This document shows, piece after piece, positions 52,796 through 61,223 of a stretch of 64,000 bases of DNA (position 1 is the stretch's first letter; each line of letters begins with the position of its first letter). Location: sequence record MN508624.2; one strand, 5' to 3'. Under the pieces are notes generated by a model that made no database searches, was not told where the DNA came from, and was given only the letters and a program-made list of their open reading frames with translations. The DNA comes from Enterobacter phage EC-F2. Position numbers and translations under genes: made by a program.

Positions 52796-53304
52796 TTTGC
52801 AGCCTTATACATTTCCAGGACGCGGTTCATATGCTCTTGTGATTGAGGCACACCCGCGAAGTTCAATTTGATGAAGAATTCCAGACGATCCTTTTTGGTA
52901 CATTCATCCAGCCCCAGGGCAGGTAATGACATGTTTTCAAAGGTTCGCTGTTCGTGTCGTGGCAATTCGTCCCAGAACAATCGGGAACCGTCCGGCATAG
53001 GAAGACCAATTTCACCTTCGTAAAATTTGATAATCGTTGTCAGGCGTTGTTTGCCGTCGATGACTTCTACCCAGTGAGTTTCATTAAACTGACTATCAAC
53101 CGCGATCGCGATGACACCACAAGGGAAACCAGTCATTAACGTAGTCAGGAATGCATCTTGCTCTTTCTGCGTCCACACATAGGGGCGCTGATAGGATGGA
53201 TTCAGATCCAGATCGTTATGCTTCCACCAGTTGAGATAGCTCCCAACCATGATCGCGACTGCGAAAAGTTCGGAGTTCCCGAAGTCGGTTATGTATAATT
53301 TCAT
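52792..53304 (-). CDS. stand-alone DUF262 (ParB/GmrSD N-terminal-like) domain protein
   Basis: NPSYQRPYVW and VIDGKQRLTT match the DUF262 signature motifs. Confidence 0.6.
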   Translation of the reverse strand: MKLYITDFGNSELFAVAIMVGSYLNWWKHNDLDLNPSYQRPYVWTQKEQDAFLTTLMTGFPCGVIAIAVDSQFNETHWVEVIDGKQRLTTIIKFYEGEIGLPMPDGSRLFWDELPRHEQRTFENMSLPALGLDECTKKDRLEFFIKLNFAGVPQSQEHMNRVLEMYKAAK

Positions 53305-53642
53305 CAGACATGATTAATCACCCATCCCAACAAACCAGTATTGATAGCCGCAACGGTAAAGCAGATCACAGCCAACACCCGCGCGTTGTGTACTTTGGTT
53401 TTCAGTTCTGCGATCTCCTGATCCTTTTCACTTTCGAACTCGTCACGGGTTCCATAGTAACCAGGATCAGCAGCGGTTGCGATACGCACCTTATCGGTTT
53501 CGAAGAGTGTTGATTTGCCATGATCAACGCCAACCACACCCAGAATACCATCACGATCGGTATTCACGATCCCGTGCTTTCCGGCTTCGGCATATTTGCC
53601 GTTCTTAATGGTAACTACACGATCGCCAGCTTTGTAAGTCAT
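53304..53642 (-). CDS. hypothetical protein with C-terminal TM segment (112 aa)
   Basis: ORF. Confidence 0.5.
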   Translation of the reverse strand: MTYKAGDRVVTIKNGKYAEAGKHGIVNTDRDGILGVVGVDHGKSTLFETDKVRIATAADPGYYGTRDEFESEKDQEIAELKTKVHNARVLAVICFTVAAINTGLLGWVINHV

Positions 53643-53647
53643 AATAA

Positions 53648-53908
53648 TTACTCTTTCACGTTTTGTTGTAGGAACTCTAACAGCTTTCCTTCGGCCTGTA
53701 AAGCATAAAGTTTATTCAGCTTTGCTATGTTCTCAAAGTCTGATTTTTCGCTGAACGACCAGACACCATCATCGGAAACCAGCGCACCAACCGATACGCC
53801 AGTTTCAGGATCACGCGTCAACGCCAGCCCCAGGGGATGTAGGATATCTTTATTGATTTTCCAGATCAACCCCAATTGAGATAAGGTGTTGAAATCAACG
53901 TGACTCAT
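53648..53908 (-). CDS. hypothetical protein (start MSHVDFNT)
   Basis: Internal Met chosen. 14-nt overlap with the upstream gene. Confidence 0.4.
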   Translation of the reverse strand: MSHVDFNTLSQLGLIWKINKDILHPLGLALTRDPETGVSVGALVSDDGVWSFSEKSDFENIAKLNKLYALQAEGKLLEFLQQNVKE

Positions 53909-54290
53909 TAGGCATCGCACCGAATGACAACAGCCCCATACGATGATCGTTATCTGATTCACCAGTGCTGAATTCAAATTCTTCACCGCTGATACTGATA
54001 GCACGGAAACCATCTTTCAGGTACGGCAACAGATACAGAGGGATCAGCATCATTTTTGAATCGTCATCCCACTTACGGAAGCCCAGGTTTTTCATTTCTT
54101 CCAGAGTCAGGTCATTTGGATCGACTGGTTCGAAATCAGGGGAAGCGTAAAGGCGTCCTGGAAGATCGCGAATATTTTTCACGGTGAATGAATCACCCCA
54201 TGACTTATACGCGATAGGTTCAGCGGCGCGGGTTGCGGTAGCCAGAAGGATCATTTGGCAGATTTGGAAAGTAGTTGCTTTTGGTTTCAT
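53895..54290 (-). CDS. hypothetical protein (131 aa)
   Basis: ORF. Confidence 0.5.
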   Translation of the reverse strand: MKPKATTFQICQMILLATATRAAEPIAYKSWGDSFTVKNIRDLPGRLYASPDFEPVDPNDLTLEEMKNLGFRKWDDDSKMMLIPLYLLPYLKDGFRAISISGEEFEFSTGESDNDHRMGLLSFGAMPNESR

Positions 54291-54700
54291 GATGTATATC
54301 CCACAAGTTTAGTCAGTAAATTCCCCATAGTCTTACGCGCATGATCGCGGATCTGGCTATACGGAACATATTTGAAGTCATCCATTTCAGTAATGGTTCG
54401 ACCATTTTTAACGAAGGTTGAAGCACAAACACATTTTTCTGCTTCGGGGTAATTATTACCCACATATACGAATAACACAAGCTCTTTTTTACTCGTATAA
54501 TCAATCAGACCCAGGCTCAACAGTTCGTGTTGTTCAACTACAACGCCCGTTTCCTCGAAGCATTCACGGATAGCAGCATTGATCGGGGATTCGCCTTTTT
54601 CGATATGCCCCTTTGGGATGTCCCAATGAGGCGTTTCGGTTGCGTGGCCCATTAAAACGCTGCCGTTATTCAGGAAGAGAATACCAGCAGACCGTTCCAT
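54287..54700 (-). CDS. Nudix hydrolase
   Basis: Nudix box GHIEKGESPINAAIRECFEETGV. Confidence 0.75.
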   Translation of the reverse strand: MERSAGILFLNNGSVLMGHATETPHWDIPKGHIEKGESPINAAIRECFEETGVVVEQHELLSLGLIDYTSKKELVLFVYVGNNYPEAEKCVCASTFVKNGRTITEMDDFKYVPYSQIRDHARKTMGNLLTKLVGYTS

Positions 54701-54945
54701 TACTGTGCTCCGAACTTACGATCGTATGCTGCCAGCGCTTTATCTGCTGCATCAACTGCCTGAGTGTGTTTGTTAGCGGATTTCTCGCTGAACACTTCGC
54801 GGTAAATGGCAACCCAGAGGGATCGGCGGGTCTGTTCGCTTTCTTCATTGACGCGAGAAGCCGCAAAAGCGTTATGTTCTTTGATCAGTTGTGCGAATTC
54901 AGCATCATGATCAATGGTTTGTTGTTGAATAGCTGTAGAAGTCAT
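54700..54945 (-). CDS. hypothetical protein (81 aa)
   Basis: ORF. Confidence 0.45.
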   Translation of the reverse strand: MTSTAIQQQTIDHDAEFAQLIKEHNAFAASRVNEESEQTRRSLWVAIYREVFSEKSANKHTQAVDAADKALAAYDRKFGAQ

Positions 54946-55208
54946 AATTCACCTATTTCTTTCAGTTCAGTTTTGAGTTTTTCGAGGGTTGATTGGTACT
55001 GAATGCCGTTCACAATGTCGTTGCGTCGGGCATAATACAGCGTACCAGTTTTGTTTATCTCTGCCAACACTTCTTTATCGAGTTTATCAGGTTCATTGCT
55101 AAATGCAATCCTGAACATTTCTTCGGCGTTCGGCGCGAATCCGTTACAGAACGTGATACCGAGTTTCGGATCGAAGAATATCAGGGATACTTTATTCACT
55201 TTTTCCAT
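54942..55208 (-). CDS. hypothetical protein (start MEKVNKV)
   Basis: Internal Met chosen to limit overlap. Confidence 0.4.
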   Translation of the reverse strand: MEKVNKVSLIFFDPKLGITFCNGFAPNAEEMFRIAFSNEPDKLDKEVLAEINKTGTLYYARRNDIVNGIQYQSTLEKLKTELKEIGEL

Positions 55209-55494
55209 AATGTTCTTCGTAATCCTCGCATTCTGGGAGATAGGTTTCGCAGAACATACACAGCGTGAAGAATGTAGGCTGGCGAATTCCGATATTATCG
55301 GGTAAGTACATCCAGAACGTGTTAGCAAACACGATGAACGTTTTCAGGTTTTCAACGGTTACGGTACTGATACCGTCATAACCGGATTGAGTAATTGCGC
55401 GTTCCAGGGGAACAGGGTATTGCTCGCAGTAGTTGGCGTAATGTTCGCTTGTCACCAGCGCATTAGCCGCTTTTACGAGATCGGTAATTTTCAT
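55192..55494 (-). CDS. hypothetical protein (100 aa)
   Basis: ORF. Confidence 0.5.
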   Translation of the reverse strand: MKITDLVKAANALVTSEHYANYCEQYPVPLERAITQSGYDGISTVTVENLKTFIVFANTFWMYLPDNIGIRQPTFFTLCMFCETYLPECEDYEEHYGKSE

Positions 55495-55757
55495 TCAATA
55501 TATCCCCAACGAATTTTTACGTTATCTTCTGACGCCGGACTTGTAGGAGTCGGGTACGGATAGCTTTGCGCTTCCCACAGATAAACAACAGCATGTTTTG
55601 TCAATTCTTCGATAACTTCATCGAAAGTACCGACACTGGTTTGTAAAGGCAACGAGAAAGGTTTATCGTTGGTTTCTACTTGAGCGATTGGCCCATCTAC
55701 CAAGATAACACGAACCGTTGTGTGCTCAGACATATGAGCATAGATTTTGTTTTTCAT
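55491..55757 (-). CDS. hypothetical protein (88 aa)
   Basis: ORF. Confidence 0.5.
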   Translation of the reverse strand: MKNKIYAHMSEHTTVRVILVDGPIAQVETNDKPFSLPLQTSVGTFDEVIEELTKHAVVYLWEAQSYPYPTPTSPASEDNVKIRWGYIE

Positions 55758-56092
55758 GCGGGTACATATTCCACTTTGACAGGTTTTGCGATAAGGCGTT
55801 CTTTAGTGAAGCCTTGCCCGTTACAGATATCACAAGTAACATTGAAGTCTTCCATCTGATCAACCCAGCCAGAATCCGGTAAGCCAGAAGGATACGTGTT
55901 AACACGTTTGACTTCGAACCCTTTACCCTCGCATTTCGGGCATTTGTGTGGGTACTGGGATTTAACCATACTCAGCAGTTGCCCCAGCGTTGTTGAACGA
56001 TCGAAGCGTTCGACCAGTGCCATTACATCAGCAATACGAATCGAACCAGCATCAATAACGGTATACAGGTTTTTCGGTACATTTGAGCGCAT
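55754..56092 (-). CDS. DnaJ-type zinc-finger-like protein (CPKCEGKGF...CDICNGQGF), start MRSNVPK
   Basis: Two CxxCxGxG motifs. Start set after the upstream micro-ORF. Confidence 0.45.
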   Translation of the reverse strand: MRSNVPKNLYTVIDAGSIRIADVMALVERFDRSTTLGQLLSMVKSQYPHKCPKCEGKGFEVKRVNTYPSGLPDSGWVDQMEDFNVTCDICNGQGFTKERLIAKPVKVEYVPA

Positions 56093-56101
56093 AGTATATT
56101 T

Positions 56102-56242
56102 CTCACTTAAAAAATTTTTTGATGAAAGAGAGGAACAATCCACCACCGAACATGATCCAGTATCCCGCGCCGTCACCGTTAAACAGGACATACACAGCGA
56201 CACCATAGCAAAAGATTTCCGCGATATTCAGTAAGTTTCTCA
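56102..56242 (-). CDS. 46-aa two-TM micro-protein (MRNLLNIAEIFCYGVAVYVLF...)
   Basis: Strong SD aaaggaggg, hydrophobic. Confidence 0.4.
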
Positions 56243-56332
56243 TAACTCCCTCCTTTGTCTACACCAGGTATTTTACCAGAAAGTAGATTACTGTCAACAA
56301 CAAAGTTTTATCAACCCACTTATCACCAGTCA

Positions 56333-56473
56333 TTAGTAATCCCCTACAGGTTGAGAAGATGCAACGCTCAGGATACGGAAAGAGCATTCATTCCATTTGC
56401 AATAAGTTTTCGCACAGTGAACAGTGCCTTTCATTACAAACCCGTTTGAGAACACCAGCCAGTAAAGTTTCAT
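56333..56473 (-). CDS. 46-aa Cys-containing micro-protein (MKLYWLVFSNGFVMKGTVHCAKTYCKWNEC...)
   Basis: First ATG after the PeSL leader (GAAACAAAGGAGGcaatcATG). Confidence 0.35.
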   Translation of the reverse strand: MKLYWLVFSNGFVMKGTVHCAKTYCKWNECSFRILSVASSQPVGDY

Positions 56474-56477
56474 GATT

Positions 56478-56537
56478 GCCTCCTTTGTTTCGACACCCCT
56501 AATATAACAAAAGCCCCTGCACTAATGCAAGGGCTTT
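56478..56537 (-). repeat. PeSL-like cassette (hairpin gcccctgcactaatgcaagggc + TTATATTAGGGGTGTCGAAACAAAGGAGG)
   Basis: Same hairpin family. Confidence 0.55.
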
Positions 56538-56539
56538 TT

Positions 56540-57097
56540 TCAAATATTTTTCAACATGTGTAGTTGAGGCGGACAATCTTTTGAAGCAATCAGGCGATCC
56601 AGGCGTGACATAACGCGTCTGTAGCCGTCATACTCGAACTTGATTTTGGGTGCGATGTAGTTTACATGGATTGCGTTTCGCGTGTTCAGGCTCAACGTGT
56701 ACTCAGGGATAACGGTTCGGAATCGTAAAGCAATCACTGGCTTTTCGTGAGCAACCGAATCATCCATGTTTTCTAACATCTGGACGGTGAACGCACAGGC
56801 AAACACTTTGCCATTAATCCGGCGATATGCAATGACTTCTTGCATACCTTCGTTTTTCGCTTTCACCGCGTAATACAGAACGTTACACGAATAATGTTTA
56901 GCGAGACTATTAAGAATTTCACTGTAGATCGCAAAGTCTTTTTTGACTGACGCGGAACGATCCAGGAATCGGTCTGCGATGTGATCTGTAGTCATTGAAA
57001 CCTTTGTCACATACCAATCACTTAACGCTTTACTGAAATTTTGGTTAACTTCTCTGCGTAAGTTATTGATAACATACATCAATCGTGCTCTGTTCAT
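56540..57097 (-). CDS. hypothetical protein (185 aa)
   Basis: ORF. Confidence 0.55.
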   Translation of the reverse strand: MNRARLMYVINNLRREVNQNFSKALSDWYVTKVSMTTDHIADRFLDRSASVKKDFAIYSEILNSLAKHYSCNVLYYAVKAKNEGMQEVIAYRRINGKVFACAFTVQMLENMDDSVAHEKPVIALRFRTVIPEYTLSLNTRNAIHVNYIAPKIKFEYDGYRRVMSRLDRLIASKDCPPQLHMLKNI

Positions 57098-57100
57098 AAA

Positions 57101-57724
57101 TCACCCATTATGTTTAAAGTATTCGATTTGACGCAGACGTTTTTCCGCTGCCTCTTTCGAATCATATTCACCAAGTTCTTTCGTGCGATCATGGTTCAGT
57201 ATAACCCACTTATCGCCGCGATGTTCGATGTGCTCCGTGATGTCTTCGACTTTTTTATCCAGATCCAACGGTTCAGCATCTTCCTGGATGATAGTCAAAT
57301 CTACGGGCAATGTCAACAGTCTTTTAACTCCGCTGATATCTTCGATGCGGGAATCATACGCGAGGGTTACATGTGGTTTGTAATCGTCATAATCGTATGT
57401 TGCTCCAGCATCCATTGCATCTTTGAAGCGGCTATGGAGATAATCAGACTCCAGAACACCCACGATCGTATTACCGTATTTCGTTTCCCACTTCTCCACG
57501 TCAACCAGTCGGGCAGGTTCAGAGATACCGGATGCAGGGAACAGATCAACCGTCTTACGGCTATACACAATCGTTGTATGCAGCTTTGCAGCGGAAACAG
57601 GATTCTCTACACCCAGAAGTTTTTGCACCTTCGCGAGCGCTTCACAGGAAGCCTGATCGAACTTCGCACACATATAGATCCCCGGATCAACTACGGGTTT
57701 CGCTACTTCAATAAAACTTTTCAT
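57101..57724 (-). CDS. 2H phosphoesterase (LigT / Acb1-like; T4 57B position)
   Basis: Two H-x-T-x motifs (LHTTIVY, PHVTLAY). Adjacent to the 57A- and gene 1-like genes. Confidence 0.6.
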   Translation of the reverse strand: MKSFIEVAKPVVDPGIYMCAKFDQASCEALAKVQKLLGVENPVSAAKLHTTIVYSRKTVDLFPASGISEPARLVDVEKWETKYGNTIVGVLESDYLHSRFKDAMDAGATYDYDDYKPHVTLAYDSRIEDISGVKRLLTLPVDLTIIQEDAEPLDLDKKVEDITEHIEHRGDKWVILNHDRTKELGEYDSKEAAEKRLRQIEYFKHNG

Positions 57725-57734
57725 GTGTACTCCA

Positions 57735-57765
57735 AATGAAAAGGGGGCTTTCGCCCCCCAGTGGT
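57735..57765 (-). terminator. hairpin ggggggcgaaagccccc + T-rich (minus strand) between 57A and the 2H gene
   Basis: Strong GC stem. Confidence 0.5.
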
Positions 57766-57783
57766 TAAACGCCTAAGCGTTAA

Positions 57784-58050
57784 TTATGCTTTTGATGCAT
57801 CAATCGCTTCATCGTCGCCAGCGGTTTCTGCTGTTGCTGGCAGAAGTGCTTTGATCGCGCCGACCAGGGCATCAGGGGATACACCCTGCGAACCGTCGAT
57901 TTCCAGAAGACTGCAAATTTGGCCTACGAGTTGACGGTGATTTGCCAGTTCTTGTTCTTTACCCTGAATGATTTCGTTCAGGTCGAATACACGGGCTTTC
58001 AGGATCAGGACATCGTTTTGAAGCTGTTGGGTTTGGTTTTGTTCAGTCAT
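57784..58050 (-). CDS. 57A: gp57A-like tail-fibre assembly chaperone
   Basis: MTEQNQTQQLQNDVLILKARVFDL resembles T4 gp57A MSEQTIEQKLSAEIVTLKSRILD. Size 88 against 79 aa. Sits next to gene 1. Confidence 0.55.
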   Translation of the reverse strand: MTEQNQTQQLQNDVLILKARVFDLNEIIQGKEQELANHRQLVGQICSLLEIDGSQGVSPDALVGAIKALLPATAETAGDDEAIDASKA

Positions 58051-58053
58051 TGT

Positions 58054-58722
58054 TTACACTCTTAAAAGATTGAATACATTAAGCACGTTACGTTTCAAAT
58101 CGTCTAACGTACCATTATTTAGGATTGTATAATCACTCAAGCCAGGTGTCAAACCTTGCTCTGTTGAATGATTATCTTCAATACCAGTTTCACGTTCAAG
58201 GAACACAAAGCGAGTCCCGAACTTGCTCAGGTATTTATATTCATGCGGTTGACGCACATCGGTAATGATAAAGTGATCCTCGTAGGATTTCAACATTTTT
58301 TGAAGCGCAATTGAAGTCCAGATAGACGGATCTATTTTACAAACAATATCAGTCCCGAACACCTGCATCAAACGGCGAATCGTCCAGGGCTGGCTGTTTT
58401 CTTCGCAAATTTTATGAGCGATAACATCTGCGTTACTCATGAAGAACCCGCGAGAACTTAATTTTTTGATACCGCTAGAAAACAGCGCGTATGCATCGTT
58501 ATTGGACATCACCAGCGGGGCTTCACGATCACCCTCATAGAATGGGTTCTTCGCTGCCAGCGCTCGCAATTGCGTGTTATCGTGATGTTCCATAGAACGT
58601 TTCAGGATAGCTTTGATTTCGTCGGCTAACGCGATAACTTCAACATTGCGGAAGTTATGCACAACCATTTGAGCAACGGTATCTTTACCCGTTCGCTTTT
58701 TACCACAAATACCATAAATCAT
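58054..58722 (-). CDS. 1: deoxynucleoside monophosphate kinase (T4 gene 1)
   Basis: GICGKKRTGKDT against T4 GVKRSGKDT, and WTIRRLMQVFGTDIV against WSVRRLMQALGTDLI. Confidence 0.85.
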   Translation of the reverse strand: MIYGICGKKRTGKDTVAQMVVHNFRNVEVIALADEIKAILKRSMEHHDNTQLRALAAKNPFYEGDREAPLVMSNNDAYALFSSGIKKLSSRGFFMSNADVIAHKICEENSQPWTIRRLMQVFGTDIVCKIDPSIWTSIALQKMLKSYEDHFIITDVRQPHEYKYLSKFGTRFVFLERETGIEDNHSTEQGLTPGLSDYTILNNGTLDDLKRNVLNVFNLLRV

Positions 58723-59270
58723 TTTTGCGTTTTCCGTGGAGTAGGCACGATCACCCGTCCGTCGATCTCAATTTCCATGTGAGCGAAGTTGAACATCGTC
58801 ATACAGGATACGGCTTCATCCGAATCATTGGTATACATAAGCTCAAGCTCTCCGAGGTTGGAGGGCCAAGCGCCATAGAAGCGAAATGTCGCTACAGTTT
58901 TTGACTGCGAGTTATCCAGGATATGCAAAGCCATTGCCTGTTGTGGTTCACTCCAACGCACGGAATCGAAGGTGTTAAAATCGACAGTACCGAGCATCCA
59001 AAGGTAAACCCCAAGATACGATCGCAGTTCTTCATCAACAGCAAAACGAATAGTCAGTGGATCGAACTCCATTGCAGATCCTGGGATCTTCCCTCGAATC
59101 ATTGGGTTCAGTGGGACATCCGTAATTGGAATGTTGATAGCAGGTAGTGTAACACCCTGAACCTGTAGTTTCAACCCTTTTACATAATCATTGTCAGGAA
59201 TATCTAACATGAAGTTAGTAGGTGAAATCTGGTTCAGGATCATAGCAGTTGTATTCATGATGATCTCCAT
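58719..59270 (-). CDS. 3: tail completion / tube-terminator protein gp3-like (tail-tube gp19-family motif)
   Basis: YGAWPSNLGELELMY resembles gp19 LWPTNVGELQLDW. Adjacent to gene 1 as T4 gene 3. 183 against 176 aa. Confidence 0.5.
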   Translation of the reverse strand: MEIIMNTTAMILNQISPTNFMLDIPDNDYVKGLKLQVQGVTLPAINIPITDVPLNPMIRGKIPGSAMEFDPLTIRFAVDEELRSYLGVYLWMLGTVDFNTFDSVRWSEPQQAMALHILDNSQSKTVATFRFYGAWPSNLGELELMYTNDSDEAVSCMTMFNFAHMEIEIDGRVIVPTPRKTQK

Positions 59271-59294
59271 TTTATAGATATTTAGATCAAGACC

Positions 59295-59454
59295 GTGAGC
59301 GAAGCGAACACACGAACGAAGTGAGTGTTATGTACGATGTACTGTTTATAATATTTATATTTTATATATAGAGAAAACAGTACATTTCCGTATACTTTTT
59401 ATACAATCGTTAACTATCCGTCTTCGCTTCGCTTGACGGAACTCGCTTCGCTCG
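59295..59454. promoter_or_regulatory. divergent control region with nested inverted repeats (outer GAGCGAAGCGAA / TTCGCTTCGCTC; inner GTACTGTTT / AAACAGTAC) around an AT-rich core
   Basis: Seen directly. Lies between gp3 (-) and the internal-protein gene (+). CTAAATA-type late promoter motifs sit at both edges. Confidence 0.45.
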
Positions 59455-59526
59455 CGATCTAATTTTTAGTTGATCTATTCAATAAATAGGTATATCATAC
59501 CTATACTTTCAAAAGAGATTGAAAAC

Positions 59527-60312
59527 ATGAAATCATTCAAAGAACTACTTTCTGAATCTGTTCAGAACAAAAAATTTGCTAAGACCGTTGATCTGGTTGA
59601 CCGTGGTAACGCTGCAAAAGGTCAGATTGGTTTCCTGCATTTTGCACATGGTGCTGATTACGATGTGTATGCGCCGGACTCCCACGATCTCGCTTACTTC
59701 GGTAAAGGTGTTGTCCGCCTGAAAGGTAAAACCACTGGCAAGACTCAGGCAGCGTATATTGACTGGGCGAAAGGCACTGTTTCATTCTACAGCGGTGATC
59801 CTGCTGACGATCTGAAATTTGACAAGCCACTGAAATTCAAAGGCGCTTCCCTGTACAAAGAAGCCGAAGAAAACCTGGATCTGTACAATCAGTTGGCGGA
59901 AGATTTCGAGATTGATCTGCCTCTGGATGAAGCATTGGTGAAAGGAAAGGTGTACAAGCTCCCAAGTAACGATATGTGCTTGCTGTATACCGGACGTACC
60001 AAAACCAAAGAAACAGGTGAATACGCCGTGTTTACGGTTGTAGATGCCTCTGGAAAGCCTCGTCTGGTATCGGGTAAACGCTTTACCCAGGAATACAAAG
60101 GTGATGTTCTGTCTAAACTGGTTCTAGCTGAATCAGAAGATTTGAACGAAGCCGCTAAAGGTATTCGCGAAAAAGTTATTGCGGTGTTGGTGAAACGCGG
60201 GTTTAACGAAAAAGACGCAGAAAAGATGGTTGATAAAAACCTGAAAGATGCGATGAAGATTCGACCTGGTGCAACCCCTGGCAAACTCGCGGAAATCGTG
60301 AGTACCCTGTAA
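59527..60312 (+). CDS. internal head protein (IPIII-like) with capsid-targeting sequence MKSFKELLSE
   Basis: N-terminus matches the T4 CTS MKTYQEFIAE pattern, including the LxE prohead-protease site. Lys-rich. SD agag upstream. Confidence 0.65.
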   Translation: MKSFKELLSESVQNKKFAKTVDLVDRGNAAKGQIGFLHFAHGADYDVYAPDSHDLAYFGKGVVRLKGKTTGKTQAAYIDWAKGTVSFYSGDPADDLKFDKPLKFKGASLYKEAEENLDLYNQLAEDFEIDLPLDEALVKGKVYKLPSNDMCLLYTGRTKTKETGEYAVFTVVDASGKPRLVSGKRFTQEYKGDVLSKLVLAESEDLNEAAKGIREKVIAVLVKRGFNEKDAEKMVDKNLKDAMKIRPGATPGKLAEIVSTL

Positions 60313-60315
60313 AAA

Positions 60316-60345
60316 TAAAGCCCCTTCCTTTCGGTTGGGGCTTTT
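60316..60345. terminator. bidirectional hairpin agcccc-ttcctttcggtt-ggggct + T5
   Basis: Lies between the convergent IP and gp2 genes. Confidence 0.55.
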
Positions 60346-60347
60346 TG

Positions 60348-61202
60348 TTAATATCTGTTCCAAACTTTCTTCGCGCTGTATGGTTTTCCTTTGGACTGGA
60401 AAGCCTGTGTAGGCAACCAAACTGCTTTAGCCCAATCTTTCGGGGCGATCTCTGCAAGCGGTGAACGTAGATGGGCTGGCAGGTAGGCTTTGATCATTTG
60501 ATCAGCCCCGCGCATTCCCTTCACGTTGTTCCAATTGATTTTCAGTCTGGTTTTGTTAGAAAGTCGATCTGTTGATCCGTAGCCACGTTTCAGGAGTTCT
60601 TCTAAAAACTCTTGACGTGCTCGCGGTGGCGCATAGTGCAAGTTCAGCCCGTACAGAACCAAGTTACCCGCTTTCGAACGTCCTGAACCCAGGAAAATGA
60701 TCAGCGGGAACCGATCCCAGTATGGCAGGGTGTCTTTGTATTTCGCATCGTAGATGAACGTATACAAGCGACCCGTTGCTGGTTTCGCAACCCTGTGCGT
60801 CTTAATGCTGGTTTTGATGAAATCACCAAACCAATCGGTCGAATCTTTCTGACGTTTCGCAGCGGTTACGCCAACAGTCATTTTCTTCAAACTGTTGCGG
60901 AAATCGTTTACGATATCAACCGCGTGTTTTTTGCGATAGTCATTACGTTTGCGTCGGGCTTCGGTTTCTGCTTTACGGCGTTCGATTTCATCATCAATCT
61001 GCTGCTTATAGCGGTGCATAGACTTTGTGAACGTTGCGTATGCAATCCCGTTTTCGTCCGCGAACTTTTTGGCTGTCATGCCTTTTAATTTTGCGCGTCG
61101 GAATTTGATACCAAGTTCAACCCATTCACCCAGCTTTCGCTTCGGTGGCGGTTTTGGCTTGTCTTCTTCTGCGATGATCTCGAACTCAAAAATAAAACTC
61201 AT
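60348..61202 (-). CDS. 2: DNA end-protector protein gp2-like (basic, 284 aa)
   Basis: Size and position next to gp4. K/R-rich. Confidence 0.5.
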   Translation of the reverse strand: MSFIFEFEIIAEEDKPKPPPKRKLGEWVELGIKFRRAKLKGMTAKKFADENGIAYATFTKSMHRYKQQIDDEIERRKAETEARRKRNDYRKKHAVDIVNDFRNSLKKMTVGVTAAKRQKDSTDWFGDFIKTSIKTHRVAKPATGRLYTFIYDAKYKDTLPYWDRFPLIIFLGSGRSKAGNLVLYGLNLHYAPPRARQEFLEELLKRGYGSTDRLSNKTRLKINWNNVKGMRGADQMIKAYLPAHLRSPLAEIAPKDWAKAVWLPTQAFQSKGKPYSAKKVWNRY

Positions 61203-61223
61203 AATTCCCTCCGTTTAGGGTAT

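Noticed and set aside
57110-57739. 209-aa plus-strand ORF antisense to the 2H phosphoesterase gene
   Set aside because: It has no motifs. The opposite frame has clear HxTx motifs and synteny.
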